Source of the DNA: a cyanobacterium endosymbiont of Braarudosphaera bigelowii
GTDB taxonomy: Bacteria > Cyanobacteriota > Cyanobacteriia > Cyanobacteriales > Microcystaceae
DNA: 32,000 bases
Direction: 5' to 3'
Assembly: GCF_020885515.1 (NCBI RefSeq)
Contig: NZ_AP024987.1
Location: 1,380,001-1,412,000 of the forward strand
A model generated the notes under the pieces. That model saw only the letters and a list, made by a program, of their open reading frames with translations, did not search any database and was not told the DNA's origin. Below, piece by piece: positions 19,150 through 30,050 of the stretch (position 1 is the stretch's first letter; each line of letters starts with the position of its first letter). A program made the position numbers and the translations under genes.

Positions 19150-19193
19150 TTGTATTTAAAAAAATAAATCTTAAATACAATTATTTTTTATTT
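19150..19193 (+). terminator. Orphan terminator-like element: 10-bp perfect stem (ttgtatttaa/ttaaatacaa), 11-nt loop, then ttattttttattt
   Basis: Read directly from the sequence. It has a plus-strand stem plus T-tract geometry, yet no plus-strand gene lies upstream of it. A stem this short could be chance. Confidence 0.25.
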
Positions 19194-19853
19194 AAAATAA
19201 TATTGACATCGTTCAAATATAACCTAATCTTTCTTGTTGAATAACCGAAATTATTAAAATAGAGGAAATATTTTTTAAAATTATAATTTTTTTACACAAA
19301 GTAGGAGAAATTTTGAATGTATAATAAAAAATATATCTCAAACTATAATAAATTTCATTAATTTATTAATTAGACAAAACTTCAAAATACTTTTCGAATA
19401 TGTGCCATTATATTATTGGTAAGCTCCTAAAAAAATAGATTAAAGACATTTTTTTAATAAATAAACCTGATTCTTGAAAAATAAAGTCAGTAACTTTTTG
19501 TTAGTCTTTAATTAGTAAAATTATAATTTATTTTTTCACTAAGATTTGGTTTTTAAAACATATTAATTAGTAATTAAGTAAAAAAGTTATAGTACACATA
19601 AGGTTAAGATATATATTTTCAGAAAACTTGAACTTTATGAAATAACCTAGAATCTTAGAAGAAATTAATCGTCTAGTCTACAAAATATAAATTTATTTAA
19701 GAAAAAATATCTCATGATGAATAATATAATTAACGATTGTATAAATAGAAAATAATAGGGAATCTTCTTGACTCTTATTATTTGATCATTCAATCTTTTC
19801 AATCTTATTAAAGATCAATATAATAATATTTAATATTTCAATTTAAATTTTAG

Positions 19854-21650
19854 ATGCGAACTCATTACTGTAATCAATTAAGCACGATGGATCTTGATAC
19901 GATTGTTACTCTTTTTGGATGGGTTGATCGTCGTAGAGATCATGGAGGAGTCATTTTCATTGATTTGCGAGACCATACTGGTATCATTCAAATTGTTAGT
20001 GATCCAAAACATGATTCTTCATCTTATAAGACTGCCGAAAGATTGCGTAATGAATATGTTATTAAAATTATAGGCAGAGTGAGTCGACGTCCTTCAGAAT
20101 CCCTAAATTTGAAAATGAAAACTGGAGAACTAGAAATATATGCAGATTCTATTGAGATACTTAATGTAGTTACTAAGCAACTACCTTTCAGTATTTCAGG
20201 TTTAGATGAAGAGTTAATAAAAGAAGAAACTCGTCTCAAGTATCGTTACTTAGATTTAAGACGGGAAAAAATGTTAAAAAATTTACAGCTACGTCATAAA
20301 GTAATAAAAACAATACGTCACTACTTGGAAGATAGTCAAAATTTTATAGAAGTGGAGACTCCTATCTTGACTAGATCTACACCTGAAGGAGCACGAGATT
20401 ACTTAGTTCCCTCTAGAGTTAGTTTTGGACAGTGGTATGCTTTACCTCAATCTCCTCAGTTATTTAAACAGTTGCTTATGGTATCAGGTTGTGATCGTTA
20501 CTATCAAGTAGCAAGATGCTTTCGTGATGAAGATTTAAGAGCTGACAGACAGCCAGAGTTTACTCAACTAGACATGGAAATGAGTTTTATGTCTGAAGAT
20601 GAGATTCTAGATCTGAATGAGGGTTTAATTTGTCATATTTTCAAAACTATCAAAAATATAGAGCTGTCTCGTCCTTTTCCTCGTTTAACATATCAACATG
20701 CTATGGAAAAATATGGAACAGACTGTCCAGATACTCGCTTTGATTTAACTTTAGTTGATGTGTCTGACATTGTTCAAAATAGCGGATTTAAAGTATTTTC
20801 AGAGGCAGTTAAAAATTTAGGGAGTGTGAAAGTTTTGCCTATTCCTGAAGGCAATAATATTATTTCTAATGTTCGACTTAAGCCAGGAGGAGATTTATTT
20901 CAAGAAGCAATAGAAGCAGGTACTAAAGGAATTGTTTACATTCGTGTAAAAGAAAATTCTAAAATAGAAACTATTGGAGCTGTAAAAGAAAACTTAACTG
21001 ATGAACAAAAGAAAGCTTTGTTAGAGAGGACAGATGCAAAACCAGGTCATCTATTATTGATTAGTGCTGGAAGTACAGCAATGGTTAATAAATCTTTGTC
21101 TCGTTTAAGATTAATAATCGGGAAACAAATGAATCTTATTAACAATAGTAAAATAGATTTATTATGGGTAACAGAATTTCCTCTGTTTGAATGGAATTCT
21201 GATGAACAACGTTTAGAATCTTTGCATCATCCGTTTACTTGTCCTAATTCTTCAGATTTAAATAATTTAACTACGGCTAGAGCTCAAGCTTATGATTTAA
21301 TATTTAATGGTATAGAAGTTGGTGGTGGTAGTTTAAGAATTTACAAAAAAGATATTCAAGAAAAAGTATTTAAAACTATTGGTTTATCGGAAGAAGAAAT
21401 TTATAGTAAATTTCAATTTATGTTAGACGCTTTTGAGTATGGAGCTCCTCCTCATGGAGGGATAGCATATGGACTAGATCGATTAATAATGTTATTAGCA
21501 GAAGAAGATTCTATTCGTGATGTTATAGCGTTTCCAAAGACTCAACAAGCAAGCTGTCTACTTACAGAATCTCCTTCTTTTGTAGACTCTAAACAATTAA
21601 AAGAATTGCAGGTAACTTCAACTTATAAATCTAAAATTCAAAAGAATTAA
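19854..21650 (+). CDS. aspS: Aspartate--tRNA ligase (bacterial type; a non-discriminating form is possible)
   Basis: 598 aa. It has the N-terminal OB anticodon-binding domain ([19 protein letters not shown]), class II motifs ([30 protein letters not shown]) and the GAD insertion domain. Confidence 0.95.
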   Translation: MRTHYCNQLSTMDLDTIVTLFGWVDRRRDHGGVIFIDLRDHTGIIQIVSDPKHDSSSYKTAERLRNEYVIKIIGRVSRRPSESLNLKMKTGELEIYADSIEILNVVTKQLPFSISGLDEELIKEETRLKYRYLDLRREKMLKNLQLRHKVIKTIRHYLEDSQNFIEVETPILTRSTPEGARDYLVPSRVSFGQWYALPQSPQLFKQLLMVSGCDRYYQVARCFRDEDLRADRQPEFTQLDMEMSFMSEDEILDLNEGLICHIFKTIKNIELSRPFPRLTYQHAMEKYGTDCPDTRFDLTLVDVSDIVQNSGFKVFSEAVKNLGSVKVLPIPEGNNIISNVRLKPGGDLFQEAIEAGTKGIVYIRVKENSKIETIGAVKENLTDEQKKALLERTDAKPGHLLLISAGSTAMVNKSLSRLRLIIGKQMNLINNSKIDLLWVTEFPLFEWNSDEQRLESLHHPFTCPNSSDLNNLTTARAQAYDLIFNGIEVGGGSLRIYKKDIQEKVFKTIGLSEEEIYSKFQFMLDAFEYGAPPHGGIAYGLDRLIMLLAEEDSIRDVIAFPKTQQASCLLTESPSFVDSKQLKELQVTSTYKSKIQKN

Positions 21651-21740
21651 TGCAAGAAACTTCATTAATTCTTATTAATGTTAAATATATTTAATTTAGA
21701 TTATGATGGAGGAAAATAACAAAAAATTATTGTCTGATTA

Positions 21741-22895
21741 CTAATTTTTATTAATTACAGTTGCTAAGTCTTCACCGTTTTCTCTGATAACACGGATTAA
21801 TAAACCTGCTAAAGTTAAACTGGCAATAATTGAACTTCCTCCATAACTCCACAAAGGCAATGGTAAACCGGTTGTCGGTAATAATCCTATTGTTACACCA
21901 ATATTTAATAGAGCTTGTCCGACTATCATGATCATACTACCAACAGCTATTAATCTTTTTACTGGATGAATACAATTGATTAATATTTTTAGTGTAAAGG
22001 TTGCATATACAAATAATAATAAAAGCAGAAAAATACTTCCTACAAAACCGAACTCTTCTGCATAAACTGAAAAAATAAAATCAGTATAATGAATAGGTAA
22101 GTAGGACCACTTTTGTATAGATTGCCCATATCCTAATCCAAAAATACCTCCAGATCCTACAGCTATTAAACTCTGTATTAACTGGTAGCCATCAGTCTTC
22201 GCTATTTCATCTCTCCAAGGATCAAGGAAGGATAGAATTCTTTTAAGTTGATACCTATGAGTATAAACACTGAATGAAGCAGCTGATAAGCCACTAATAG
22301 CTGCTGTCATTAAATACCTAACTGGAATTCCAGAAGCAAGAGCAATTAACCATAAACTAATACCACATAAAGCTGTAGTACTTAAATTGGGTTGTATTAA
22401 GATACCTGCCAAAACAGCTGAGAATATTAATATCCACTGTATCTTAATGCGTAATGAATGACGATACCAGAAACCAAAGATATAAGCACTTTGCAGTACC
22501 AAACATGGTTTGATTAATTCCGAAGGTTGAATAATAGCGGGACCGATCTTAATCCAACGAGTCGCACCATTAACAGTATGACCTAATCCTGTCTTAGTTA
22601 ATAAAATTAAACTTAGCAAGAAAAAAAGAAAAAAAGGAACGAACTTCATTAAATACTTCAACGGTACTCTCACGATTACATTAAATCCTTGTAATCCTAT
22701 CCATATCCAGATAATTTGACGCATGATATAGTGAAATCCATTACCAAAATCTTGTTGAGCACTATGGTAAGATGCAGAAAAAAGAGCAATCATACCTAAA
22801 AACAGCCATAAAAAAGTTAACCAACGCAAAAAACGAGCTTCTTTTGGCCATTCCTTAATACTAGGATCAATTATAGGAATAAAAAATCTGAGCAT
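21741..22895 (-). CDS. ftsW: SEDS-family peptidoglycan glycosyltransferase, probably FtsW
   Basis: 384 aa with about 10 TM segments. The N-terminus EARFLRWLTFLWLFLGMIALFSASY resembles cyanobacterial FtsW. The conserved C-terminal GLLPTTGLPLPLWSYGGSS motif of the FtsW/RodA/SpoVE family is present. Confidence 0.8.
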   Translation of the reverse strand: MLRFFIPIIDPSIKEWPKEARFLRWLTFLWLFLGMIALFSASYHSAQQDFGNGFHYIMRQIIWIWIGLQGFNVIVRVPLKYLMKFVPFFLFFLLSLILLTKTGLGHTVNGATRWIKIGPAIIQPSELIKPCLVLQSAYIFGFWYRHSLRIKIQWILIFSAVLAGILIQPNLSTTALCGISLWLIALASGIPVRYLMTAAISGLSAASFSVYTHRYQLKRILSFLDPWRDEIAKTDGYQLIQSLIAVGSGGIFGLGYGQSIQKWSYLPIHYTDFIFSVYAEEFGFVGSIFLLLLLFVYATFTLKILINCIHPVKRLIAVGSMIMIVGQALLNIGVTIGLLPTTGLPLPLWSYGGSSIIASLTLAGLLIRVIRENGEDLATVINKN

Positions 22896-23094
22896 GAATA
22901 ATCTATTATTTGAAATGTTATGGTAAAGATTGAATAACTAATTGTTTACGGAGCAGATAGATTAGAAGATTATTTTATCTTTTGAGATAGTTAGATTTAC
23001 TTAAAAGCTTATACATTATTGACCTACTAATATTCTATAGTTCATCCTTAGTAGACAAGTTAATATTTTTTATATAGTTAATATACTAATAAAT

Positions 23095-24240
23095 TTAATC
23101 CTTACTGTAATCGTATAAGGTTTTTCTTGATTTATGATGGCGATGAATAGATTCAATAACTTGTTTAATTTTTTCTACAGATATAGAAGTACCATTTGTA
23201 GCTCCAGCCATAGCTGAAATACTTTCTTCCATTAAAGTTCCACCAATATCATTACAACCCCAATTTAATGTTTCAATAGCTTTACATAAACCTAGTTTGA
23301 CCCAGCTTGGCTGGTGATTAGGTATCCATTTTCCTAAAAAAATTCTTGATACAGCTGTAAGTAGAAAGATTCTATTAAAATCAAGTTGTTGATTTTGTAG
23401 AGGCTTATGAGGAAAACTAGAAATATTTTTGCTAATGAAAGGTAAAAGAATAAATTCTGTAATTCTACCAGGGTATTTTTGTTGAATAGATTCTTGTTGC
23501 AATTTTCTTAAACGACTTAAATGTTCTACTTGTTGAGTTGCATTTTCAATATGGCCACACAGCATTGTGCTGGTAGTATATATTCCTAATGAATGAGCTA
23601 AACTAATAATTTCAATCCAGGTGTTACTATTAATTTTTTCAGGGCAAATTTTATTTCTTACTTCATCATTTAGAATTTCGGCAGCAGTTCCTGGTATAGA
23701 ATCTAAACCAGATTTTTTAAGTGCCATTATTGTATCCACATAACTTAATTTATCTTCTTTAGAAATAAATGCTATTTCTTGAGGAGAGAATGCATGTATA
23801 TGAATCTGAGGAAATTTTTTTTTAATAATTATCATTATTTTCTGATAATACTTCAAAGAACTTTTTTCTATCTTAAGATTTCTATTTAAAGCACCTTGAA
23901 TACAAACTTCAGTAGCTCCTTTGTGTACAGCATTAGATACTTTTTGAATAATATTTTCTAAATTTAGAGTATATGAATCCCTATCTTCTAAATCGCGCCT
24001 AAAACCACAGAAAGAACAGTTTTGTTCACAAATATTAGTAAAATTTATATTATGGTTTACAACATAGGTAACGGTATCTCCAACTTGTTTTTGTCGAAGA
24101 TGATCGGCTGATTGACGTATCTTATTAATTAGATCTTTATTCGTTTGAGATAGAAGAGTGATTGCATCATCTTCTGATATATCAATATCATCATCTACTT
24201 TCTTTAAAATACCCGCTATTATCTCTTCTTGATACAGCAT
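23095..24240 (-). CDS. cofH: Radical-SAM enzyme of the CofH/MqnC/MqnE group, most likely FO synthase subunit CofH
   Basis: 381 aa. It carries VTYVVNHNINFTNICEQNCSFCGFRR (CxxxCxxC cluster with the NINFTN context) and the C-terminal NDIGGTLMEESISAMAGA motif. Cyanobacteria make phylloquinone by the Men route, which favours CofH over the Mqn enzymes. Confidence 0.6.
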   Translation of the reverse strand: MLYQEEIIAGILKKVDDDIDISEDDAITLLSQTNKDLINKIRQSADHLRQKQVGDTVTYVVNHNINFTNICEQNCSFCGFRRDLEDRDSYTLNLENIIQKVSNAVHKGATEVCIQGALNRNLKIEKSSLKYYQKIMIIIKKKFPQIHIHAFSPQEIAFISKEDKLSYVDTIMALKKSGLDSIPGTAAEILNDEVRNKICPEKINSNTWIEIISLAHSLGIYTTSTMLCGHIENATQQVEHLSRLRKLQQESIQQKYPGRITEFILLPFISKNISSFPHKPLQNQQLDFNRIFLLTAVSRIFLGKWIPNHQPSWVKLGLCKAIETLNWGCNDIGGTLMEESISAMAGATNGTSISVEKIKQVIESIHRHHKSRKTLYDYSKD

Positions 24241-24568
24241 TAATCAATTATGTTTTTACTATATAAAAAAATTAGAATAAGGAATAAGTTTACTCTTATA
24301 TCGTACCCGTAGTGCTTAGTTTATGGTTGTTAAAATAGTGAATTATACTTTACGGAAAGCTAATTAATATAAACTATAACCATACCATTTTAAATGTAGT
24401 AGTTTCAATGATATTTTATAAAGTTACTCACTACAATTAGCTTCATTGCAAATGATTTCTTTTATACCTTGTCTCTTTATTTTGACTAGAAAAATCAAAA
24501 GACAGAGAACATCATTAGTAACAATTACTGCTATCATTATTTCTAATTTATAATAAAGGATATTTGCA

Positions 24569-25570
24569 TTGAATAATAAATCTACGATTTTAGTTACAGG
24601 GGGAGCCGGATACATTGGTTCCCATGTAGCTTTATTACTTAAAAAAGAAGGATATGAAGTTCTTGTTCTTGATAATCTTTCTTTCGGTCATCCTGAAATT
24701 GTTAGAGACATTTTAGATGTTGAGTTAATTGTTGGAGATACTAATAATCGCTTTCTATTAGATCAAATATTTACGACAAGAAACATTTCTGCTGTAATGC
24801 ATTTTGCTGCTTTTCTTTCAGTGGGAGAATCAGTTCATAATCCAGCTGTATATTATAAAAATAATGTAGTAGGAACCTTAACTCTTTTAGAAGCGATGGT
24901 TGCTGCTAATGTTAATAAACTGATTTTTTCTTCTACTTGTTCTATTTATGGGATTTCTAATGATATTCCCATAACAGAAAAACACCCTAATAATCCTTTA
25001 AATCCATATGCCTCTAGCAAATATATGGTTGAACAAATTTTAAAAGATTTTGATCAAGCTTATAGTTTAAAATCCGTCATTTTTCGATATTTTAATGCAG
25101 CAGGAGCTGATCCTTCTGGTAATTTAGGGGAAGACCATACACCTGAAGTTCATCTAATTCCTTTAGCATTACTTACAGCTTTAAAAAAGAGAGACCATCT
25201 TGTTATTTTTGGTACAGATTATGATACTCCTGATGGTACTGCGATTAGAGACTACATTCATGTTAGCGATTTAGCAACAGCTCATATCCTAGGTTTAAAA
25301 TATCTTTTTAGTGGAGGGAACAGTGATATGTTTAATTTAGGAAATGGTGATGGATTTTCTGTACGAGAAGTAATTAATGTAGTGAAAAAAGTTACGAATG
25401 TAGATTTCTCAGTTAAAGAAGGTATTCGTCGTCCAGGAGATGCGCCAATCTTAGTAGGAAGTGGAGGAAAAATTCAATCTAAGCTAAGTTGGAAGCCTGA
25501 ATATACTAATTTAGAAACCATAGTTGATCATGCCTGGAAATGGCATAATAAGAGACACGGAATAAAATAA
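24569..25570 (+). CDS. galE: UDP-glucose 4-epimerase
   Basis: 333 aa. It carries ILVTGGAGYIGSH, the SDR catalytic YASSK, and RDYIHV. TTG at 24569 is the only possible start and is preceded by AAGGA with an 8-nt spacer. Confidence 0.9.
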   Translation: MNNKSTILVTGGAGYIGSHVALLLKKEGYEVLVLDNLSFGHPEIVRDILDVELIVGDTNNRFLLDQIFTTRNISAVMHFAAFLSVGESVHNPAVYYKNNVVGTLTLLEAMVAANVNKLIFSSTCSIYGISNDIPITEKHPNNPLNPYASSKYMVEQILKDFDQAYSLKSVIFRYFNAAGADPSGNLGEDHTPEVHLIPLALLTALKKRDHLVIFGTDYDTPDGTAIRDYIHVSDLATAHILGLKYLFSGGNSDMFNLGNGDGFSVREVINVVKKVTNVDFSVKEGIRRPGDAPILVGSGGKIQSKLSWKPEYTNLETIVDHAWKWHNKRHGIK

Positions 25571-25666
25571 TAAAACTCATTTACTAGACAATTCAGATAT
25601 TTTTGAAATTTAATTTTTATCTTTAATACATAGTATTTTAAAAATAATTCTTTGTTTGTAAATATC

Positions 25667-25706
25667 TTAAGATTTATAACCTATCCAAATAGATTATAAA
25701 TCTTAA
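25667..25706. terminator. Perfect 13-bp hairpin (ttaagatttataa / 14-nt loop / ttataaatcttaa) between the convergent galE and acsF genes
   Basis: The arms at 25667-25679 and 25694-25706 are exact reverse complements. The element ends 10 nt before the acsF stop codon. Confidence 0.4.
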
Positions 25707-25716
25707 TTACAAGACT

Positions 25717-26793
25717 TTACTGTATAGTTCCTTGCAAATGTTCGGTGCTAATCGGCTTTATCAAATATAACTTCAGAAGTTGAGTTACATTAGATATAAG
25801 TGCTGGTAATTTTCTTAAAGATTTTATAATATAGGGTTGTTTAGAAAAATTTATTTCTCTTAACTTAGCATTATTACTCACACATATCTCTAAGCCTTGA
25901 TAGAATCTAGGATCTTTAAGATTTAATATTACTGGAAAAACTCGTCCAGCTATTTCATTAGTTTTTTCGATAACATACTTATCATAGTCTCTAGCATTGA
26001 GGCCAATAGCTGAGTAAAAATCACTTCTTTGGACATCATTAAAATACATCGTTGCAAATACTGATAATAAGAAAAAGCGACACCACAGGCGAGCCTTCCA
26101 ATTATTTAATATTTCAGGATTTGCCTTCATAATTGCATCAAAAAAATCTCCATGACGGTTCTCATCTTGGCACCAGTTTTCAAAGAAATTAAAAATAGGA
26201 TATATCTTATTTTCAGGATTATTTTCTAGATGTCGATAAATTGTAATATAACGCCAATAACCAATTTTTTCTGATAAATAAGTTGCATAAAAAATAAACT
26301 TAGGTTGAAAAAAGGTATAACTACGACTTTTAGTTAAAAATCCTAAATCTAAAGTCATATTAAAATCTGACAAAGCTTTATTCAAAAATCCAGCATGGCG
26401 TGCCTCATCTCGAGACATCAATAGAAAACATTCTGCAAGAATAGGATTTTTGTCTTTTAGGCGTCTTCCCAGTTCTTTATAAAGTAGAAAACCTGAAAAC
26501 TCAGCTGTACATGAACGTTCTAAAAATTCAACAAATAACTTACGAGTATTTTCGTCAAAATGATCCCATGTTTGAGAAAACTCTTCGCGTCGAATAAAAT
26601 GATAACGATTGTAATCTGTACGGAACTCTTCGAGAATAGCTTTCAATTCTTCTTCATTAATTGAAATATCCATTTTTGCTAACGCTTCAAAATCAGTCGT
26701 ATAAAAACGAGGAGTTAAAAGAGTCTCTTTATCTGGAGATTTAATGTTTGGATGTAGTTCTTTGAGTTCAGGCTTTTGAAGAGTATTTACCAT
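25717..26793 (-). CDS. acsF: Mg-protoporphyrin IX monomethyl ester (oxidative) cyclase
   Basis: 358 aa. It carries [11 protein letters not shown] and the di-iron ExxH motifs ([20 protein letters not shown]). The length is typical of cyanobacterial AcsF. Confidence 0.95.
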   Translation of the reverse strand: MVNTLQKPELKELHPNIKSPDKETLLTPRFYTTDFEALAKMDISINEEELKAILEEFRTDYNRYHFIRREEFSQTWDHFDENTRKLFVEFLERSCTAEFSGFLLYKELGRRLKDKNPILAECFLLMSRDEARHAGFLNKALSDFNMTLDLGFLTKSRSYTFFQPKFIFYATYLSEKIGYWRYITIYRHLENNPENKIYPIFNFFENWCQDENRHGDFFDAIMKANPEILNNWKARLWCRFFLLSVFATMYFNDVQRSDFYSAIGLNARDYDKYVIEKTNEIAGRVFPVILNLKDPRFYQGLEICVSNNAKLREINFSKQPYIIKSLRKLPALISNVTQLLKLYLIKPISTEHLQGTIQ

Positions 26794-27369
26794 AAGTTAT
26801 TTTAAATATTTTTTACAAAAAAACCATAGACCTAACACTTTTAAGGTAATAAAATTACCATTATTCTTATCAAGAATATATGAATAAAAAGCTGAGATTA
26901 CAGTGTAACAGTATTAAGTACATTAAGAAATATTATTTATGTCAAGAATTACAACATATTATCAATTTATATTAAGAAAAATGGATTTCGAGTTAATCGT
27001 TTATTTTTTGTTAGATACTCAAAAAAACTATATTTGACCTGTAAATATTACAGTTATATTATTAATACTACTATTTTGTCATACTATTATAACCATCTCA
27101 AACAATGTCAATATAACATCTTATCTGACAAATATATACTTGTAAAATTCAAAAATGAATAGACCAAATTTATAGAAATTAAATTATAATTTCTATGATG
27201 CTAATTAATAGCAATTTCTTCCTCATAAAAAATTTTCTTCGTCAAAAAATATAGACAGAGAAATTAATAACCAATTTTTTAAAATGGTTATTTTAACTAT
27301 AATAAAATAGATTCTACAACAAACAACTCATTGTAGAACTTTAAAACGACTCCTAGATAACTTTTTGAA

Positions 27370-28008
27370 ATGAGCTCAAACTTTAATCAAAGTCTGCGAC
27401 TAATCCCTATATTTTCAGGTGCCCTAGGTAGCATATTACTAGTAATTAATCGCTTCACAATAACACATTTAACTGATTCCCAAGCAAGATCTGATGTTGT
27501 AGGAATTATTCTCAGCGGGGTATTAGTTCTTGTTGGATTGCTTTGGCAGCAAATTCAACCAAGATCAGCGAATGCTGTTACTCTTATCGGAGAAGAGAAA
27601 ATTGAGTTTAATAGTTATTTAGATGAAGAAACTAAGCTAGATTTAGCTTGGGCATCTCACCTAATATTGAATAATACTGTTACTAAATCTGTGATTATTT
27701 ATTACAAAAAAGATATCTTACTTCGCCGAGGAATTTTGGGTGAAAATGATAAAGTTAACCCAGGTAAGATATTAAACAAAGTTTTTGAAAAACAAAAGGC
27801 AATTTATTTAGTTAATCTTGATTTATATCCAGGAAGAATTGAATTCGATTATTTACCAATAAACACACAAGGTGTCATTTGCCAACCATTAGGAAAAAAT
27901 GGAGTAATGATTCTTGGTACTAACGTTTCCCGTAGTTATACTAAACAAGATGAAAACTGGATCGAAGGTATCGCTGATAAAATAACTTTAACCTTGCAAA
28001 AAAACTAG
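27370..28008 (+). CDS. Membrane protein, probably CCB2/CCB4-type (DUF2930) cytochrome b6f cofactor-assembly factor
   Basis: 212 aa. Two N-terminal TM segments are followed by a soluble domain with LAWASHLILNNT, LLRRGILG, LYPGRIEFDYLP.NTQ and the QPLG..GV pattern that I associate with this family. Confidence 0.6.
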   Translation: MSSNFNQSLRLIPIFSGALGSILLVINRFTITHLTDSQARSDVVGIILSGVLVLVGLLWQQIQPRSANAVTLIGEEKIEFNSYLDEETKLDLAWASHLILNNTVTKSVIIYYKKDILLRRGILGENDKVNPGKILNKVFEKQKAIYLVNLDLYPGRIEFDYLPINTQGVICQPLGKNGVMILGTNVSRSYTKQDENWIEGIADKITLTLQKN

Positions 28009-28148
28009 GTTAATTCATGTCATAGAAATTTCGTTATTTTATTTATGTGTAATAGTTTTTAACTATAAAATTTATTCTACCCAATATTGTTTTAAGCTAA
28101 ATTACATATATCTCAATGGATTAAAATATGAATAATCATATCTATTTA

Positions 28149-29978
28149 TTATTTGTGTTTCATCATTTGTAATTGATATAATTTTTTATATAAACCTTCT
28201 TGTTTGATTAAATTTTGATGGTTCCCTGATTGAATTATCTTACCTTGTTTTAAAACCAATATTCTGTCAACATCTTTAATAGTTGATAATCTATGAGCAA
28301 TAATTAGTCCTGTTCTGTTAATTAACAGTTGTTTCAATGCTTGTTGTATTAAAGCTTCAGTCTTTACATCCAAACTAGCCGTGGCTTCATCTAATACCAA
28401 AATACTTGGATTGCGAATAGCAATTCTAGCAAAAGCTAATAACTGCTTTTCTCCTTTGGAAAGATTAGTACCTCTTTCTTTTAGTAGTGTATGATATCCT
28501 TCAGGAAATTTTTCAATTAATTGATCTGTATTAGTTAACCTTGCTGCTTGTTTTACTTCTTCTAAAGAATATTTTTCTCCTAAAGTTATATTTCTTTTAA
28601 TATCACCAGCAAATAGAAAATTTTCTTGTAGAATTATTCCTATATATTTCCTAAGTTCTTGTTTGGAAATATACTGACTATCAATTCCATCAATTAAAAT
28701 TTTTCCATGAGTAGGTTCATATAAACGTGATAAAAGTCTTATTATTGAACTTTTCCCAGACCCTGTCGGCCCCACTAAAGCAATCTTTTCCCCTGGAGAA
28801 ATTTTAAAGTTTAAGTTTTTAAGAATAAAATCATTTTTTTTATATCCAAACCATACATTGTCAAAAATAATTTCGCCTATTTTTCTGTTATTATTTCTAA
28901 TAATTGAAAAATCTATATTTGTTTTATTTTCTTTTGTTTCTATAGGTTCTTGCATTAGTTCTGTTATACGTTCAATAGCAGTAAACCCAGATTGAAATGT
29001 GGTAAATTTATCGGCAAATCGACGTAATGGATTAAATAATCTCTGAGCATACAAAATAAATGCAGATAAGGTTCCGAAATTAATACTAGTATTCATTATA
29101 CCAATACCTCCTAGCAAAAGAACCATTGCAATTGCGACTAAACTTATCCACTCTAAAGTTGCAGAGACTGCTGAATCATGAAAAATTGTCTTACTAGTTG
29201 CTTGACGATAATTTTTATTTATGTCTTTAAATAATTTGCTATTGAAGTTCTCTCTCCGAAAAGTTTGAACTACATTAATACCTGAAATATTCTCTTGTAT
29301 CATAGAGTTTAATTCAGATAATTTTTCTCTTGATTGATAATTTGCCTTACGATACTGTTTTTGGAAATAAACTACCAATCCTGCTACAGGAACTATCATA
29401 AACAAAAGTACCAAAGCCATTTTTGTGTCTAGTGTAAACATAGTAACTATAATTGCTAAGATGTAAACTGAATCACTAATAATCCCGATTCCACCACTAG
29501 CAAAGATATTTCCTAAAGCTTCTACATCACTAGTTAAACGAGTAATTAAATTACCTATTGGAGTCTTGTTAAAAAAACTACTTTCTAAGGAAATAATATG
29601 ACTGTATAAGTCTCTCCTAATATCAGCTGTGATACTTTGTCCTAATTTCTGAACAATAAATCCTTGAATAGAGGAACAAATTAAACGAATAATTATTGTT
29701 ATTAATAGCGAAATGATTAATAAATATAATCCTTGCTCAAAAGATAACATTCCTATAAAGTTCCAAGTTGCTTCTTTACGTGACAAAGAAATCGCTTGTC
29801 CTACAAGAAGAGGTTGCACTGCTCCTGCTATCGATAAAGGTACTAATAGAAATATTGATGATAATAATAAATCAGGATACGAAAGAGCATAAGGTAATAA
29901 TTTAGAAGTTAAATTATCACCATATTTTTGTGAAATTGTAACAGATTTTCTGAATCGTAATTTAGAAGAAACAATCAT
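28149..29978 (-). CDS. ABC transporter, fused permease/ATPase (type I exporter, MsbA-like)
   Basis: Six-TM N-terminal domain. Walker A is GPTGSGKSS, the signature variant is LSKGEKQ, Walker B is ILVLDEATASLD and the H-loop is IAHRLSTI. The first ATG is at 29978 (609 aa). The track ORF extends to a TTG at 30029. Confidence 0.9.
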   Translation of the reverse strand: MIVSSKLRFRKSVTISQKYGDNLTSKLLPYALSYPDLLLSSIFLLVPLSIAGAVQPLLVGQAISLSRKEATWNFIGMLSFEQGLYLLIISLLITIIIRLICSSIQGFIVQKLGQSITADIRRDLYSHIISLESSFFNKTPIGNLITRLTSDVEALGNIFASGGIGIISDSVYILAIIVTMFTLDTKMALVLLFMIVPVAGLVVYFQKQYRKANYQSREKLSELNSMIQENISGINVVQTFRRENFNSKLFKDINKNYRQATSKTIFHDSAVSATLEWISLVAIAMVLLLGGIGIMNTSINFGTLSAFILYAQRLFNPLRRFADKFTTFQSGFTAIERITELMQEPIETKENKTNIDFSIIRNNNRKIGEIIFDNVWFGYKKNDFILKNLNFKISPGEKIALVGPTGSGKSSIIRLLSRLYEPTHGKILIDGIDSQYISKQELRKYIGIILQENFLFAGDIKRNITLGEKYSLEEVKQAARLTNTDQLIEKFPEGYHTLLKERGTNLSKGEKQLLAFARIAIRNPSILVLDEATASLDVKTEALIQQALKQLLINRTGLIIAHRLSTIKDVDRILVLKQGKIIQSGNHQNLIKQEGLYKKLYQLQMMKHK

Positions 29979-30050
29979 ATCCAAACAGTATAAATATTTA
30001 CTACCATTTTTTAGATTAGCATTTAACAAATATTACTAATCAGACTAAAT

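Noticed and set aside
19317-19361. 14-codon mini-ORF (MYNKKYISNYNKFH) preceded by AGGAG (19303-19307), about 0.5 kb upstream of aspS; considered as a leader peptide.
   Set aside because: It contains no Asp codons, I saw no alternative terminator/antiterminator structures around it, and it is too far from aspS. SD-like strings followed by short ORFs are expected by chance in this composition.
23095-24240. Radical-SAM gene as menaquinone (futalosine-pathway) MqnC/MqnE.
   Set aside because: Most cyanobacteria make phylloquinone via the classical Men pathway, and the length and C-terminal motif fit CofH. I keep it only as an alternative in the feature call because I cannot run the discriminating HMMs.
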